Below are positions 62,239 through 64,000 of a stretch of 64,000 bases of DNA, in pieces. This DNA is from the human T2T-CHM13v2.0 reference genome, Homo sapiens, in assembly GCF_009914755.1 (NCBI RefSeq), contig NC_060927.1, one strand, 5' to 3'. Both the position numbers and the translations under genes were made by a program. Numbering within the stretch: position 1 is the first letter of the stretch; each line of letters opens with the position of its first letter. The notes under the pieces are model-generated. The model was given only the letters and a program-made list of their open reading frames with translations, made no database searches and was not told the origin of the DNA.

Positions 62239-64000
62239 ACTGTTCAGGACCTGACAAAGCAGCAGCTTTAAGAGTGGAGGAGCTCTCTTCGGCTGGGGAG
62301 ATCCTTACTCTCCATGGCCACCAGATGGCGAAGGCTGCCCGCGGCCCAGAAGAGAGAGGAGCCTGCAGACCCGCGCGGAAACTCTGCTGCGGGACCTGGA
62401 GGCCAAGGGTGAGGCGTGGGGTCCTCCTCCACTCCAACTGTGTGGGGAAACCTGGGTAGAACTTAAAGTTACAAAAGTCATTGTGCAAGCCCTGCTGTCC
62501 CCACAAGGGCTTATAGGAAGGGGTTCGGAGCTTTTCAAGGAGGCAGGGGAAAATTAAACTCGTGTCTCTTAATGTGTATTTGGTGGGAGGGGAATGCTGC
62601 CTGAAATAATGCATTGCTTCGGCGGCGGTCAGAGATCCATGTGACGCGGGGGCACTTTAGGGACCATTGCTGAGGGCCTGGTTAGCATTTGGGCAGCTGA
62701 ATCCTTCCCTTGGCGAACTCCATACGTGCCCTCGGCGACACACAGAGGACTCCCAGAGTTGAAGAAGGGGGTGGATGTGTGTGTGCGCACTCGCCCACGT
62801 CTCGTGTTTTACTTTTCATTTAAGTCGTAATAAGGAGAAATTCGATGACCAGCAAGGCTGGAGTCCCATCGTCTTGTTGGGGGAGAGGGGGGAGAAGAAA
62901 AAGGTGCCTGTAACTTCAGACTGTCCAAGATATCGCTTAGCTCCTGCGCCCGGAAGAAAATCCAGCGCAGGTCGGGTTCCGGCGCGCGGAAGCCCTGCGA
63001 ACCCCAAATGTGTGCGCTGAGCCGAGGCCTCTAAGCGGTAGGAGAGAATCTGACCTCCGACATTCTTTTCAAGACACGCGCCGGTGGACCGGGTCCTGGG
63101 ATTGGCTTACTCCCGGGCTGGACCTTGGGGTTCGCATATTTGAAAGCGTAAACTTGAGGAATGACGGCGGGGTGATGGGTATTTTATAGAGTGGGACTCA
63201 ATCGTGCTCAGCAACAGATTTCTCCAAATTCCCTTTTAAAAAGAGCCTCCCAGAGCTGTCGAAATCTCCGCGGGGTGAAAGCTAAACTTTTGGAGTCGCT
63301 GTGTAGCCGGGTAGAGGACACGGCGGCGCGAGCCGGAAAGATAAGTGTCCAGGCGAATGGGAAAGGAAAGATCTTAATTTTTGTTCCTACTGTTAGCTGA
63401 ATGTCCATAAAAATCAAAGGGAATGCGGGGAAGTTTTTATTCCAGAGCGTTTCCATGACACCCGCAGAGATTTAAAAAATTACATTCCTCCCCCTACGCA
63501 GGTTTAATTCGGAAAGAAGAGACTGCAGAGGAGAGGGAAGACCGTGAGTCTGCTTTCACCTAGGTTTAAAGCGAATCAAAGACGGCTGTAAAAAGGGAAA
63601 CCGGGACCAAAAACAGATTTGGAGCCTCGAAACTCTCCATTGAAGGTTTGGAAGATACGTTGCTGCAGACTTGAAACCGGCTCCAAATCCGGCCCAAACA
63701 TGGGCTGAAAATATGGCGCGCTAATCTGCTGCTTCCCCTCCTCCTCAAGTTCTTTCTGACTCTTCCCACCTTTCCCAGTTTCCCTTCCAGACGTCTGCGG
63801 CTCCCCACTCCACCCCCAGGATAGCTACTCTACATCCCGACAATTCCCAGCTTCTACACCCAGGAGGAGGAATTCTGGAACCACCCAGAGCGAACTCGTG
63901 CCGGGGCGGGGTGGGGACCGGAGGAAGGTCCTGCTCCGAATTCTCTCCAGAGCAGAAAAGAATTCTAGAGGCTACATGTGGGCTGCTTTCCCCCCTTCTT
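62233..64000. promoter_or_regulatory. CpG-rich, repeat-free region: probable CpG-island shore or promoter flank
   Basis: Sharp rise in retained CpG (CGCGCG, CGGCGG); ETS-like CCGGAAG at 62950; YY1-like AATATGGCG at 63710; ZNF143-like ACAATTCCCAG at ~63840; GC box GGGGCGGGG at 63903. Confidence 0.7.
62315..62333 (+). promoter_or_regulatory. CTCF motif
   Basis: TGGCCACCAGATGGCGAAG, near-consensus CTCF core. Confidence 0.75.

Noticed and set aside
63870-63975. Possible heat-shock elements (TTCTGGAA, TTCTAGAG)
   Set aside because: At most two perfect nGAAn units in register. Too degenerate to call an HSE or infer a chaperone gene.
62233-64000. Naming the neighbouring gene or chromosomal locus
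   Set aside because: No exon is recognisable in the window. A BLAT/BLAST search is needed.

Overview
Primate (human-like) non-coding genomic DNA, made up mostly of interspersed repeats. It contains about 40 Alus (J, S and Y types), a near full-length L1MA1/2-type LINE nested in an older L1, several older L1 remnants, MaLR/ERVL/ERV1 solo LTRs, DNA transposon relics (MER82, MER5, Arthur1/MER69, MER44, MADE1, MER20), MIRs and L2. I find no intact protein-coding exon. Almost all ORFs in the track are Alu- or L1-derived or spurious. The one gene-derived element is a 5'-truncated, frameshifted processed pseudogene of KIAA1143 (minus strand, ~52611-53653), inserted with a target-site duplication (TSD) into the RT region of an old L1. 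The last ~1.8 kb is CpG-rich and carries CTCF, YY1-like, ZNF143-like and GC-box motifs. It is probably the flank of a CpG-island promoter whose gene lies beyond the window. Two strong CTCF motifs (31.45 kb reverse, 62.3 kb forward) are divergent. I see no evidence for a novel biological system. The notable items are regulatory motifs and mutational fossils: template-switch, inversion, deletion and tandem-duplication scars. Repeat subfamily calls come from recalled consensus sequences, were made by eye, and need RepeatMasker/Dfam confirmation. Boundaries are approximate.
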